Origin: a bacterium | Lineage (GTDB): Bacteria > Krumholzibacteriota > Krumholzibacteriia > LZORAL124-64-63 | Length of the DNA: 64,000 nucleotides | Assembly: GCA_024231905.1 (NCBI GenBank) | Contig: JAAEQC010000102.1 | Location: forward strand, 234,974-298,973 | Reading direction: 5' to 3' | Shown: positions 36,649-45,895 of the stretch, one piece after another | How the letters are laid out: every line of letters starts with the position of its first letter | How positions within the stretch are numbered: position 1 is the first letter of the stretch | Translations under genes and position numbers: made by a program | The notes under the pieces: generated by a model | What the model was told of the DNA's origin: nothing | Database searches by the model: none | Seen by the model: only the letters and a program-made list of their open reading frames with translations

Positions 36649-36767
36649 TTGCCTTCCATCCCCGGGTGGTTTACAATTGTGTCCGGGGTACGGCACTGCC
36701 GTCCCCCTTTGTGCAAACGCGCCGCGCGCACCCCGCGCCGGCCTCGTTCTTTGACAGGAGCATAGAC

Positions 36768-37202
36768 GTGGGCAAACGCAGAAAGGGCCGTGAGATCGTT
36801 CTCCAGTCCCTGTACGCCTCGCTGATCAACGGCGGGCCGCTGAGGGACGTGCTGGACGACCAGCTCCGGCAGCGTGAATCCGCCACCGACACGGTGGAAT
36901 TCGCCCGCGATCTGGCCCTGAAGATCTCCACCCACAAGACGGAACTCGAGACCTGGCTGGGGCAGCTCGTCAGCGGCGGCTGGAGCCCCGAGCGCGTGGG
37001 CATGGTCGAGAAGATCGTCATCACCATGGGGCTGGCGGAACTCCGATACAGCCCGGACGTTCCCTGGCGCGCGGTCATCAACGAAGCCCTCGAACTGGCT
37101 CGCCGTTTCTGCGACGAGGACGCGGTGGGGTTCGTCAACGGCGTCCTGGACAAGGCCGCCGCCCAGACCTACCCCGAGATCCGCGGCAAGGAGACCACGT
37201 GA
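36768..37202 (+). CDS. nusB: Transcription antitermination factor NusB
   Basis: GKRRKGREIVLQSLYA... is a NusB fold. GTG at 36768 with an AGGAG RBS 7 nt upstream. Sits downstream of ribH, as is common. Confidence 0.85.
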   Translation: MGKRRKGREIVLQSLYASLINGGPLRDVLDDQLRQRESATDTVEFARDLALKISTHKTELETWLGQLVSGGWSPERVGMVEKIVITMGLAELRYSPDVPWRAVINEALELARRFCDEDAVGFVNGVLDKAAAQTYPEIRGKETT

Positions 37203-37987
37203 GGGCCTCGACCCCCGGGCACTGGCAGCGCTTCTGGGAGCAGGCCGACGGCCTGGAACTGGAGGACGTCTACGGGACCGACGGCCGCATGGTACGCGAG
37301 GTCCTGAATCTGGGCGACCCGGCGGGCAAGCGCATCCTCGAGGTGGGGGCGGGCACGGGCCGCGACGCGGTGACCCTGGCCGCAGCCGGGGCCGAGGTCC
37401 TGACCCTGGACTACGTGGCCGGTTCGCTCCACCTGACCGCCAAGGCCGCCGCGGGCGCCGGCGTCACCGTGGCCACGGTCTGCGGCGACGCCCTGGATTC
37501 GCCTTTCGCCGACGGCACCTTCGACGTGGTCTTCCACCAGGGGCTCCTGGAACATTTTCGGGACACGACACCCTTGCTGACGGACAACGCCCGCCTGCTG
37601 GCGGCCGGTGGCCACCTCATCGTGGACGTACCCCAGACCTTCCACTACTACACCGTGGGCAAGAAGCTGCTCATCGCTCTGGACCGCTGGTTCGCCGGCT
37701 GGGAGACCCAGTTCACCATGGCCCAACTCGAGCAGCTGGCCGAGGCGCGCGGTCTGGAAGTCGTCCGCAGCTACGGCGACTGGATGGTGCCGGGCCTCTG
37801 GTACCGCGCCCTGCGCAAGCTCCTGCTGACCCGCCTGGGCTGGAAGCTGCCCATGCACCCGGAACCCGTGCCCGCCCTGGCGCGCCTGGGTGAACGGTGG
37901 CGCCGGTTGTTCGCCACCAAGAGACTCTCGCTGTACACCATGCCGACCATCGGGGTGGTGGCTCGCAAACCGGAGGCGAAGTCCTGA
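37199..37987 (+). CDS. Class I SAM-dependent methyltransferase
   Basis: SAM-binding motif I ILEVGAGTGRD and an acidic loop. GTG overlaps the nusB stop (GTGA). Confidence 0.7.
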   Translation: MRASTPGHWQRFWEQADGLELEDVYGTDGRMVREVLNLGDPAGKRILEVGAGTGRDAVTLAAAGAEVLTLDYVAGSLHLTAKAAAGAGVTVATVCGDALDSPFADGTFDVVFHQGLLEHFRDTTPLLTDNARLLAAGGHLIVDVPQTFHYYTVGKKLLIALDRWFAGWETQFTMAQLEQLAEARGLEVVRSYGDWMVPGLWYRALRKLLLTRLGWKLPMHPEPVPALARLGERWRRLFATKRLSLYTMPTIGVVARKPEAKS

Positions 37988-39108
37988 GACTGCTGGCCCT
38001 CAACTGGCGGGACATCAACGACCCCCTCGGCGGCGGGGCCGAGTTGCACCTGCACAAGATCCTCGCGGGGGCTGTCCAGGCGGGCTGGCACGTGGACCAG
38101 GTCTGCTGCACCTACGAAGGGGCGGAAGCGGCCGAGACGGTGGATGGGATCCACATCCACCGCCGGGGCCACTGGTCCGTGGCCAACTTCGTTCTGCCCG
38201 GGGTGGTGCGCGGCCTGCTCAAGGAGCACCGCTACGACCTGCTCCTGGAGGACATCAACAAGCTGCCCTTCTACACCCCCCTGTACAGTGGCGGCGTGCC
38301 CGTGCTGGCGGTGGTCCCGCACCTCTTCGGCACCACCGTGTACCGGGAGGCCAACGCGGTGCTGGCGTCCTACGTCTGGCTGGCCGAGCAGCTCATTCCA
38401 CCGGTCTACCGGAACGTGGACTTCGAGGTCATCAGTCCCTCCACCCGGGACGACCTGATCGCCCGCGGCCTGGACGGCGATCGCATCCGCACCGTCTACT
38501 GCGGCCTGGAGCACGAACGTTTCGCACTGGCGGACCCGCCGCCGCGTTCGGCGACGCCCCTCGTGGTTTGCTGGAGCCGCCTGCGCCGCTACAAGAGCAC
38601 CGACGTGGCCATCCGGGCCTTCGCGCGCATCCACCGGGAACTGGCCGACGCCCGTATGCTGGTCATGGGACGGGGGCCGGACGAGGAACGTTTGCGCAAG
38701 CTGGTGACCAAGCTCGGCCTGGACGACGTGGTGGACTTCCATGGCTTCATGCCCTGGGAAGAGCTCGTGGGCCATCTGCACCGGGCCCACGTCTTCCTCA
38801 ACCCGAGTCCCAAGGAGGGCTGGGGCCTGACCGTGGTCGAAGCCAACGCCTGCGGTCTGCCCGTGGTGGCCAGCGACCGGCCGGGGCTGAAGGACTCGGT
38901 GCGCGACGGGGAGACCGGCGACCTGGTGCCCTACGCCGACGACGCAGCCTTCGCCGCCAAGGCCCTCGAACTGCTGCGCGATCCGGAGCTGTGGCGGCGC
39001 CGCAGCGAGGCAGCCCGCGCCTGGGCCCGCACCTTCAGCTGGGAGCGTTGTGCCCAGGAATCCCTGGAGATCTTCGACCAGGTGGCAACCCGGGGGGCGC
39101 AGTCGTGA
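37897..39108 (+). CDS. Glycosyltransferase family 4 (retaining, GT-B)
   Basis: C-terminal EX7E-type motif (EGWGLTVVEANACGLPVVASD...GETG). The only canonical in-frame start is GTG 37897, which overlaps the methyltransferase 3' end by 91 nt, so the start is uncertain. Confidence 0.7.
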   Translation: MAPVVRHQETLAVHHADHRGGGSQTGGEVLRLLALNWRDINDPLGGGAELHLHKILAGAVQAGWHVDQVCCTYEGAEAAETVDGIHIHRRGHWSVANFVLPGVVRGLLKEHRYDLLLEDINKLPFYTPLYSGGVPVLAVVPHLFGTTVYREANAVLASYVWLAEQLIPPVYRNVDFEVISPSTRDDLIARGLDGDRIRTVYCGLEHERFALADPPPRSATPLVVCWSRLRRYKSTDVAIRAFARIHRELADARMLVMGRGPDEERLRKLVTKLGLDDVVDFHGFMPWEELVGHLHRAHVFLNPSPKEGWGLTVVEANACGLPVVASDRPGLKDSVRDGETGDLVPYADDAAFAAKALELLRDPELWRRRSEAARAWARTFSWERCAQESLEIFDQVATRGAQS

Positions 39109-40100
39109 AGCGGATCCTGGGCTTCCTGGCCAAGAGCGTGGTGAGCGGCGGTCTCATCTGGTACCTGCTCGCGCAAAGGCTCTCCCTCGACGACGTCACC
39201 GACGCGGTGGCCTCTCCCCGCTGGGGTTGGCTGGTGGCAGCCATGGTGGTCTACGGCCTGTCGGCCTTCGGGGGCGCCCTGCAGTGGTCCTGGCTGCTGC
39301 GGACGGCGGGGATCCGCGCCGCCGGCAGCGAGATCCGCCGTCTCTACTTCATCGGGCTCTTCATCAATAATTTCCTGCCGGCCAACGTGGGCGGGGACGC
39401 CTGGAAGATTGTCGATCTGGGCCGCCAGGAACAGCGCTCCTTGGGGGTCTTCTGCGCCACGCTCCTGGACCGCCTGCTCGGGTTGACGGCCCTGACCCTG
39501 CTGGCGGTGCTGGTCCTGCTGGGCGCCAGCGGCATCGGCGTACCCTTGCCGCGGACCGCCCTGTGGCTCGTGGCGGCATTGGGATTGTTGGGGGGCGGAC
39601 TGGCATTCCTGCTGTCCCGGCGTCTGGGACGCCTGTTGCCGGCCACCGCCCTGCGCTTCGGCTGGCAGAAGGGCGCGGCACGGCTGGCCCGGATCACGGG
39701 CGAATTCTCCCGCTATCGGGAGCGGGTCGCCTGGCTGAACGGCATCCTGGCCTTCAGCGTCGGCGTCCAGTTCATGCGCATGGCCACCCACGTGCTGGTG
39801 GCCTGGGGACTGGGTTTCGAACTGACCTTCGAGCAGGTGGTGCAGCTCTTCGTGCTGGTCCCGTTGCTGGCCATCAGCCTCACCCTGCCCATCGCCATCA
39901 ACGGCATCGGCCTGCGCGAATCCGTGTCGGCGAACCTGCTCACCTGGGCGGGCCTGGCCGCGCCCCAGGCCGTGGCCATGGAAGTGGCCGCCTTCCTGGT
40001 CCAGGTGATCTTCAGCCTGCAGGGCGGCGTGTTGCTCTGGCTGGGCCGGTGGCGTCGTCGAGACCCCGTAGCAGAGGAGTCGCGGAACTCCGCCGGGTGA
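39105..40100 (+). CDS. Flippase-like / lysylphosphatidylglycerol-synthase-TM-region-like membrane protein (UPF0104)
   Basis: Polytopic, roughly 8 TM helices, with motif FINNFLPANVGGDAWKI. GTG overlaps the GT4 stop (GTGA). The upstream part of ORF 37890..40100 is rejected as an alternate-frame run-on. Confidence 0.6.
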   Translation: MKRILGFLAKSVVSGGLIWYLLAQRLSLDDVTDAVASPRWGWLVAAMVVYGLSAFGGALQWSWLLRTAGIRAAGSEIRRLYFIGLFINNFLPANVGGDAWKIVDLGRQEQRSLGVFCATLLDRLLGLTALTLLAVLVLLGASGIGVPLPRTALWLVAALGLLGGGLAFLLSRRLGRLLPATALRFGWQKGAARLARITGEFSRYRERVAWLNGILAFSVGVQFMRMATHVLVAWGLGFELTFEQVVQLFVLVPLLAISLTLPIAINGIGLRESVSANLLTWAGLAAPQAVAMEVAAFLVQVIFSLQGGVLLWLGRWRRRDPVAEESRNSAG

Positions 40101-40181
40101 TTGTTGTTGCCCGGGAGGCCGTGTGTTAGCTTGGGCCGGTCCGAGGCCCTTTGGAGTCATCAGAGAGACGATCCGGGTACC

Positions 40182-42932
40182 ATGGAACCGCTGTTGAACC
40201 GGCTGCGCCGGCCCCACATCCTCATCGCCGCCGGCGTCTTCGCCCTCACCTTGGGCGTGTACGTCACCACTCTCGGACCCACCATGGAGTTCTGGGACTG
40301 TGGCGAATTCATCACCACCAGCCACATCGTCGGCATCCCGCACCAGCCGGGTACGCCCATGTACGTGCTCATGGGGCGCGTCTTCGACGTGATCTTCGGC
40401 AGTCCACAGATCGACGAACCCGCCTTCCGCACCGCCTGGGCCCTGAACTTCATGTCGGCCTTCTTCAGCGCGTTGGCGGTGACCTTCGTCTTCCTGCTCA
40501 TCCGCGACCTGGCCCGGCGGGCCGACCCGGACGTCAAGTGGCTGCCCGAACTGGGCGGCGTGGTGGGCGCCCTTTTTCTGGCCTTCAGCCAGACCTACTG
40601 GAACAACGCCATCGAGGCGGAGGTGTACGGCCTGTCGGCCTTCATGCTGGCGGTGCTCTCCTGGCTGGCCGTGCGCTGGTACGACCACCGAGACCACGAT
40701 TCCAGCAACCACCTGCTCTTCCTTATGATCTACTTGCTGGGCCTGGGCGTGGGCTTCCACCTGGGCAGCGTGCTGGTCTATCCCGGCGTCTTCCTCATGG
40801 TGCTGCTGGCCAGCCGCCGCCAGTTGCCGGTCCTGGACCTCTTCCTCATGAGCGCCGGCCTGTTCGTTTTCCTGCTCTCGACCACGACCCGGGACAACGG
40901 CCTGGTCCTGCTGCTGCTCCTGGCGTACGCGGTGGTCGTGGGCGTGCGCGCCATGCAGGGCCATCGCTTCGCCCTGGTGGGCAGCGCCCTGTTCTTCGTG
41001 GGTCTGACCGTGCACGTCATGATGCTCGTGCGCGCTGGCGCCAACCCGGAGCCCCTGATCAACCAGACCGATCCGGACAACTTCGCCGCTCTCATGACCG
41101 TGATCCGGCGCGAGCAGTACCCGCCCCTGAACCCTTTCCAGCGGCAGGCGGACCTGGGCTGGCAGTACGGCTACTACTACGGCTTCCTGTTCAAGCAATT
41201 CTACTTCCTGGGCCCGGGCCACGGCCTGCTGACCGTGGTGACGACGGTGCTGGGTCCCATCTTCCTGGCCCTGGTGGGGCTCTTCCACGGGGTGCGGCGT
41301 CTCTTCCCGCTGGTGCTGATCCCCCTGGCCGGCTACCTCTTCAACGGCGAGATCCTCACCCTCTACCTGAATTTCACAGACCACGAAGTGCGCGAGCGCG
41401 ACTACTTCTATTTCGCGGCTTTCCTGTTCATGGCGGTCTTCATCGGACTGGGTGCCGCGGCGCTCATGCGCTACGCCCAGGGCGGGGAGGGCAAGAGCGC
41501 GGACCAGGTTGAGCGGGACGACGCCGACTGGCGCCGGGTGGTGCGCGCGACTCCCAGGTGGTCCGTATGGCTGGTTGCCGGAGTGCTGTTGGTAGCGGCG
41601 TTGCTACCCATAGCGCCGGGTAGCGTCAAGTACTGGGAGCACGACCGCTCCGAGAACCATCTGGCCTACGACTACGCCTGGAACATCCTGGCCGGGCTGG
41701 ACGAGAACGCCATCATCTTCACCAACGGGGACAACGACACCTTCCCCATCTGGTATCTGCAGATGGTGGAGAAATTCCGTACGGACGTGACGGTGGTGAA
41801 CCTCTCCCTGGTGAACCTGCCCTGGTACATCAAACAGCTCCGCTACCATCACGGCCTCGAGTTTTCCCGCACGGACGAAGAGGTGGACCGCCTGCGCCAC
41901 CGCATGTTCGAGGACCCGGAAACCGGGCAACGCGAACTGGTCATGATCAAGGACTACGTCGTACACGACATCATCACCACCAACCTGAGCCAGGTCGGAC
42001 GGCCCCTCTTCTTCGCTGTGACCATCCCGCAGGACAACATGAAGCGCTACTTCGCCAACCTGCGCATGGAGGGCATGGCCTACCGGCTGGTGCGGGAGAC
42101 CGCCCCGGACAACCTGCCCACCACCAACGCCGATAAGGTCATGGAGAACATGCTGGGCGTGTACCGGCTGGATTCGGTGCAGTCCGGCGATTCCGAAGAG
42201 CGCCAGCGCCGCTACGCCGCCATGGCCGGCCGTGCCTCCGACGACGGCACGATCATTCTGGGCCGGCCGGGCAAGCGGCTGAGCGCCGCGGACATGGCCG
42301 ACCTGGCCGCCGGTCTGGGCCAGCGCCGCCGGGACACCTTCCGCAGCATCAACGCCCGCCACCTGCTGGGCAACTATCCCACGGCATTCAACCGGGCGGG
42401 CTTCGACTTCATCCAGCAGTCCGAGCTGGTGGCCGAGACCGACTCGGTGGCCTACCGGGAATTGCTGGCCAAGGCGGCGACGGCCTTCGAGGCGAGTCTG
42501 GCCTTGGAGCCGTTCAACGACCACGCCATGGACTTCTACCCCCTGTTGCTGGTGCAGCTCTATCGGGACGACGACGCCCGCGACTTCCTGATCTCCCTGC
42601 GCGGCAACGTGGACGAGGCGCTGGAGGAGCAGATCATCTTCCGCACCTTCCAGGGACTGATCCAGGGCGGGTTGTCGCCCATCGCCCTGGGCTGGGCCCG
42701 CCAGTGGCGGCAGGACGATCCCGGGCGGGGTTTCTATTACATGCTCGAGTTCCGTCTCTACGAAGCCATGGACGAGCTGGCGGCCGCCAGTGCTATCGCC
42801 GACGAGTGGGCGACCGTGGACGGCGCACGCAACGCAGAGATGGACCGGTCCCTGGCCGAGATGCAGCAGCGGGCTCGGGCGCGGGATCTGGAGAACGTAC
42901 CGGCAACCGGCGGAGGCACTGATGGACAGTAG
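40182..42932 (+). CDS. DUF2723-family GT-C fold membrane glycosyltransferase (protein-O-mannosyltransferase-like / TMEM260-like) with a C-terminal helical repeat domain
   Basis: N-terminal polytopic region with the conserved FWDCGEFITTSHIVGIPHQPGTPMY segment and about 11 TM helices, followed by a large soluble C-terminal domain. Start placed at MEPLL (40182). Confidence 0.65.
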   Translation: MEPLLNRLRRPHILIAAGVFALTLGVYVTTLGPTMEFWDCGEFITTSHIVGIPHQPGTPMYVLMGRVFDVIFGSPQIDEPAFRTAWALNFMSAFFSALAVTFVFLLIRDLARRADPDVKWLPELGGVVGALFLAFSQTYWNNAIEAEVYGLSAFMLAVLSWLAVRWYDHRDHDSSNHLLFLMIYLLGLGVGFHLGSVLVYPGVFLMVLLASRRQLPVLDLFLMSAGLFVFLLSTTTRDNGLVLLLLLAYAVVVGVRAMQGHRFALVGSALFFVGLTVHVMMLVRAGANPEPLINQTDPDNFAALMTVIRREQYPPLNPFQRQADLGWQYGYYYGFLFKQFYFLGPGHGLLTVVTTVLGPIFLALVGLFHGVRRLFPLVLIPLAGYLFNGEILTLYLNFTDHEVRERDYFYFAAFLFMAVFIGLGAAALMRYAQGGEGKSADQVERDDADWRRVVRATPRWSVWLVAGVLLVAALLPIAPGSVKYWEHDRSENHLAYDYAWNILAGLDENAIIFTNGDNDTFPIWYLQMVEKFRTDVTVVNLSLVNLPWYIKQLRYHHGLEFSRTDEEVDRLRHRMFEDPETGQRELVMIKDYVVHDIITTNLSQVGRPLFFAVTIPQDNMKRYFANLRMEGMAYRLVRETAPDNLPTTNADKVMENMLGVYRLDSVQSGDSEERQRRYAAMAGRASDDGTIILGRPGKRLSAADMADLAAGLGQRRRDTFRSINARHLLGNYPTAFNRAGFDFIQQSELVAETDSVAYRELLAKAATAFEASLALEPFNDHAMDFYPLLLVQLYRDDDARDFLISLRGNVDEALEEQIIFRTFQGLIQGGLSPIALGWARQWRQDDPGRGFYYMLEFRLYEAMDELAAASAIADEWATVDGARNAEMDRSLAEMQQRARARDLENVPATGGGTDGQ

Positions 42933-43968
42933 GGAACGGACGGAGATCGTCGCTGGGCTGCCCGACACGGTGCGGCGGATCCTGGCCCCGGGGACGCCGG
43001 TGGTGGTCACCGGTTGCGCCGGCTTCATCGGCAGTTCCCTGACCGAGGTCCTGCTGGAGGCGGGTTGTGCGGTCACGGGGGTCGACTGCCTCACCGACTA
43101 CTACGACCCGGCCCAGAAACTCGAGCACATGGCCGGTTTCGCCGACCATCCGGACTTTACCTTCGTGCGCAAGGACCTGAACGACCTGGATGCCGAGGAA
43201 CTCCTGCGCGGCAAACGCGCCGTCTTCCACCTGGCCGCCCAGGCCGGGGTGCGCGCCAGCTGGGGCCGGACCTTCGACGACTACGTGGCCTTCAACATCA
43301 CCGCCACCCAGCGCCTGCTCGAGGCCTGCAAGGCACCGGATGTGGCCGCCGACCTGGTGCGCTTCGTCTACTCGAGCAGCAGCTCCGTCTACGGCGATCA
43401 GCCGGAATTGCCGGTCACGGAGAAGGCGCTGCCCCAGCCGCGCTCCCCCTACGGCGTGACCAAGATGGCCGCCGAGCACCTGAGCGTGCTCTACGCCATG
43501 AACTACGGCGTGCCCACCAGCAGCCTGCGCTACTTCACGGTCTACGGTCCCCGCCAGAGGCCGGACATGGCCTTCCGCAAGTACATCGAGGCGGCCCTGG
43601 ACGGCCGCGTCTTCCAGGTGTACGGCGACGGTGGCCAGACCCGCGACTTCACCTACGTGGGCGACGCCGTGCGCTCCAACCTCCTGGCCGTGGCCTGCGA
43701 CGAGCCTTGGGGGGTCTTCAACACCGGCGGCGGCAGCCGGGTGGCCTTCGGCGAAACCCTGGACCTGCTGCAGGAGATCCTGCGCGAGCGCGTGCCGGGT
43801 CTGGAAGCTACCGTCGAATACACCGAGACCGCCCGTGGCGACGTCCGCGACACCTTCGCCGACCGGGCCCACGTGGAAGCGGCCATCGGCTACAAGCCCA
43901 CCGTGGGTATGGCCGAGGGTCTGGCCCGCGAAGTGGACTGGGCCATGGCCAGGAGGCGTCAGGCATGA
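42922..43968 (+). CDS. NAD-dependent nucleotide-sugar epimerase/dehydratase (SDR family)
   Basis: Rossmann motif VVVTGCAGFIGSSL and catalytic YGVTK (YxxxK). Overlaps the upstream stop by 11 nt. Confidence 0.8.
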   Translation: MDSRERTEIVAGLPDTVRRILAPGTPVVVTGCAGFIGSSLTEVLLEAGCAVTGVDCLTDYYDPAQKLEHMAGFADHPDFTFVRKDLNDLDAEELLRGKRAVFHLAAQAGVRASWGRTFDDYVAFNITATQRLLEACKAPDVAADLVRFVYSSSSSVYGDQPELPVTEKALPQPRSPYGVTKMAAEHLSVLYAMNYGVPTSSLRYFTVYGPRQRPDMAFRKYIEAALDGRVFQVYGDGGQTRDFTYVGDAVRSNLLAVACDEPWGVFNTGGGSRVAFGETLDLLQEILRERVPGLEATVEYTETARGDVRDTFADRAHVEAAIGYKPTVGMAEGLAREVDWAMARRRQA

Positions 43969-44915
43969 GCGAGGGCGCAGGAAACACCGTACGCAGCGAC
44001 ATCGCCGTGGTGGTGCCCGCCTTCGACGAAGCCGAGTCCCTGCCCGAACTGGTGGAGCGCATCGCCGCGGCCATCGACGCCATGGGCCGGACCTGGGAGG
44101 TGTGGATCGTCGACGACGGTTCCGCTGACGGGACCTTCGCCGTGGTGGAGCGCTTGGCCCAGGATCGTCCGCAGGTCCACGGCCTCAGCTTCGGTCGCAA
44201 CTTCGGCAAGGCGGCGGCCCTGGCCGCGGGCTTCGAGGCCGCGTCGGCTGAACTCGTCGTCACCATGGACGCCGACCTCCAGGACGACCCGGCGGAGATC
44301 CCCCACCTGGTGGCCAAGCTGGAGGAGGGCTGGGACCTGGTCTCCGGCTGGAAGCAGGACCGCCAGGACAGTTTCATCAAGAACAACACCAGCAAGATCT
44401 TCAACTGGTTCACCAGCCGCATGTGCGGGCTCAAGCTCCACGACTTCAACTGCGGCCTGAAGATCTATCGCCGCCAGGTGACTGAACGGGTCAAGCTGTA
44501 CGGCGAGATGCACCGCTACGTGCCGGCCCTGGCCCACCTGGACGGCTTCCGGGTAGCCGAACTGCCGGTGAGGCACGCGGCCCGCAAGTACGGCTCCACC
44601 AAGTACGGCATGGCCCGCTTCATTAACGGTTTCCTGGATCTGCTGACGGTGTATTTCCTGCACGCGCGCCGCACCTCGCCCCTGCATTTCTTCGGGCGCG
44701 GAGGCATGACCTTCCTGGGTGCCGGCGGGGCGATCAGTCTCTATTTCCTGGCCTGGTGGCTCATGGGCCACGGCCTGCGCGTGCGTCCGGTCCTCGTGCT
44801 CGGACTGGTGTTCATCATCGTGGGTTTCCAGTTCATCAGCCTGGGCCTCATCGCCGAACTGGTGGTATCCGGGCGCCATCCCGAAACCGCCTACCGCATA
44901 GCCCGGCGTGTCTGA
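43965..44915 (+). CDS. GT2 polyprenol-phosphate glycosyltransferase (GtrB/ArnC/CsbB-like, membrane-anchored)
   Basis: VVVPAFDEAESL...VDDGSADGT...DADLQDDP are DXD motifs. Two C-terminal TM helices. ATGA overlap with the epimerase; AGGAGG RBS. Confidence 0.8.
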   Translation: MSEGAGNTVRSDIAVVVPAFDEAESLPELVERIAAAIDAMGRTWEVWIVDDGSADGTFAVVERLAQDRPQVHGLSFGRNFGKAAALAAGFEAASAELVVTMDADLQDDPAEIPHLVAKLEEGWDLVSGWKQDRQDSFIKNNTSKIFNWFTSRMCGLKLHDFNCGLKIYRRQVTERVKLYGEMHRYVPALAHLDGFRVAELPVRHAARKYGSTKYGMARFINGFLDLLTVYFLHARRTSPLHFFGRGGMTFLGAGGAISLYFLAWWLMGHGLRVRPVLVLGLVFIIVGFQFISLGLIAELVVSGRHPETAYRIARRV

Positions 44916-45840
44916 ACGGCGCTGCATCCCCGACCGCCGCCAGGGTTTGCCCCCCCTGGTGGCCCTGGTCGTCAACTGGAATGGACGCGACGTCCTGCCC
45001 GAATGCCTGGCCTCCCTCCAGGACGGAGGCTATCCCGGTCTCAGGGTGCTGGTGGTGGACAACGGCTCCGTCGACGACTCGGTGGCCTGGACCCGCGAAC
45101 ACCACCCGGAATGCGAGATTCTCGAGACCGGCCGCAACCTGCGCTGGGCCGGCGGCAACAACGCGGGACTCCGTTACCTGGCTGATGGGGGATACGAGGG
45201 CCACGTCCTGCTCCTGAACAATGACACGGTAGTCCCCGAGGGTAGCCTGCGGCGCCTGGTGGTGGCCCTGGACGCCAACGAGGAGGCCTGGGCGGCCACA
45301 CCACGCATCTGCTACGCCCACGACCCGGCCAGGGCCTGGTACGACGGCGGCACTGTGGGCCGGTGGAGCGGCTGGGTGCGCCATGCGGGGATCCGCAAAT
45401 TGACGGGCAAGCTGCGCATGGAAGAACGCTACGTGGACTGGGGGACCGGCTGCGCCCTGCTGCTGTCCCCGGGGGCCCTGGACGCAGTGGGCGAGTTGGA
45501 CGAGGAGTTCCACTTCTACGGCGAGGACACGGACTACTCCCTGCGCATCACCGCGGCCGGGGGCCGCATCCTGCACGTGCCGCGCTCCCTGGTCCTGCAC
45601 AAGGTGAGCGCCTCGGTGGGCGGGACCACTCCCCTGAAGCTGTGGCTGCGTAGCCGCAGCCATTTGCGCCTGCTGCGCAAGCACTGGCCCGCGCGCAGTT
45701 GGCCCGTGCTGATTCCCCTGCAGGTGGGCTACCTGGCGGGCCACGCGGGCTGGCAATTGTGGCACGGCCGGCCCGAGGCGGCCTGGGCTGTGTGGCAGGG
45801 GGTCCTGGACGAATTGAGGGGCCGGCCCTACGTGGGCTGA
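44908..45840 (+). CDS. Glycosyltransferase family 2
   Basis: LVALVVNWNGRDVL...VVDNGSVDDS...FYGEDTDYSLR is a GT2 rhamnosyltransferase-like fold. GTG start overlaps the upstream stop. Confidence 0.7.
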   Translation: MSERRCIPDRRQGLPPLVALVVNWNGRDVLPECLASLQDGGYPGLRVLVVDNGSVDDSVAWTREHHPECEILETGRNLRWAGGNNAGLRYLADGGYEGHVLLLNNDTVVPEGSLRRLVVALDANEEAWAATPRICYAHDPARAWYDGGTVGRWSGWVRHAGIRKLTGKLRMEERYVDWGTGCALLLSPGALDAVGELDEEFHFYGEDTDYSLRITAAGGRILHVPRSLVLHKVSASVGGTTPLKLWLRSRSHLRLLRKHWPARSWPVLIPLQVGYLAGHAGWQLWHGRPEAAWAVWQGVLDELRGRPYVG

Positions 45841-45895
45841 GGTTTACAGGTGCGCGCCGTCAGTGGTATCATGGTAGCTGAACAACGACAATGAC

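Noticed and set aside
37890-39104. Upstream run-on portions of ORFs 37890..40100, 43014..44915, 48773..51382, 52875..55226, 56049..57611, 60186..62423 and 61487..63907
   Set aside because: In each case the 5' part overlaps the preceding, well-supported gene in another frame. A start codon sits exactly at the stop of the preceding gene (ATGA/GTGA coupling), and the recognisable protein begins there. Starts were placed at the coupling sites.
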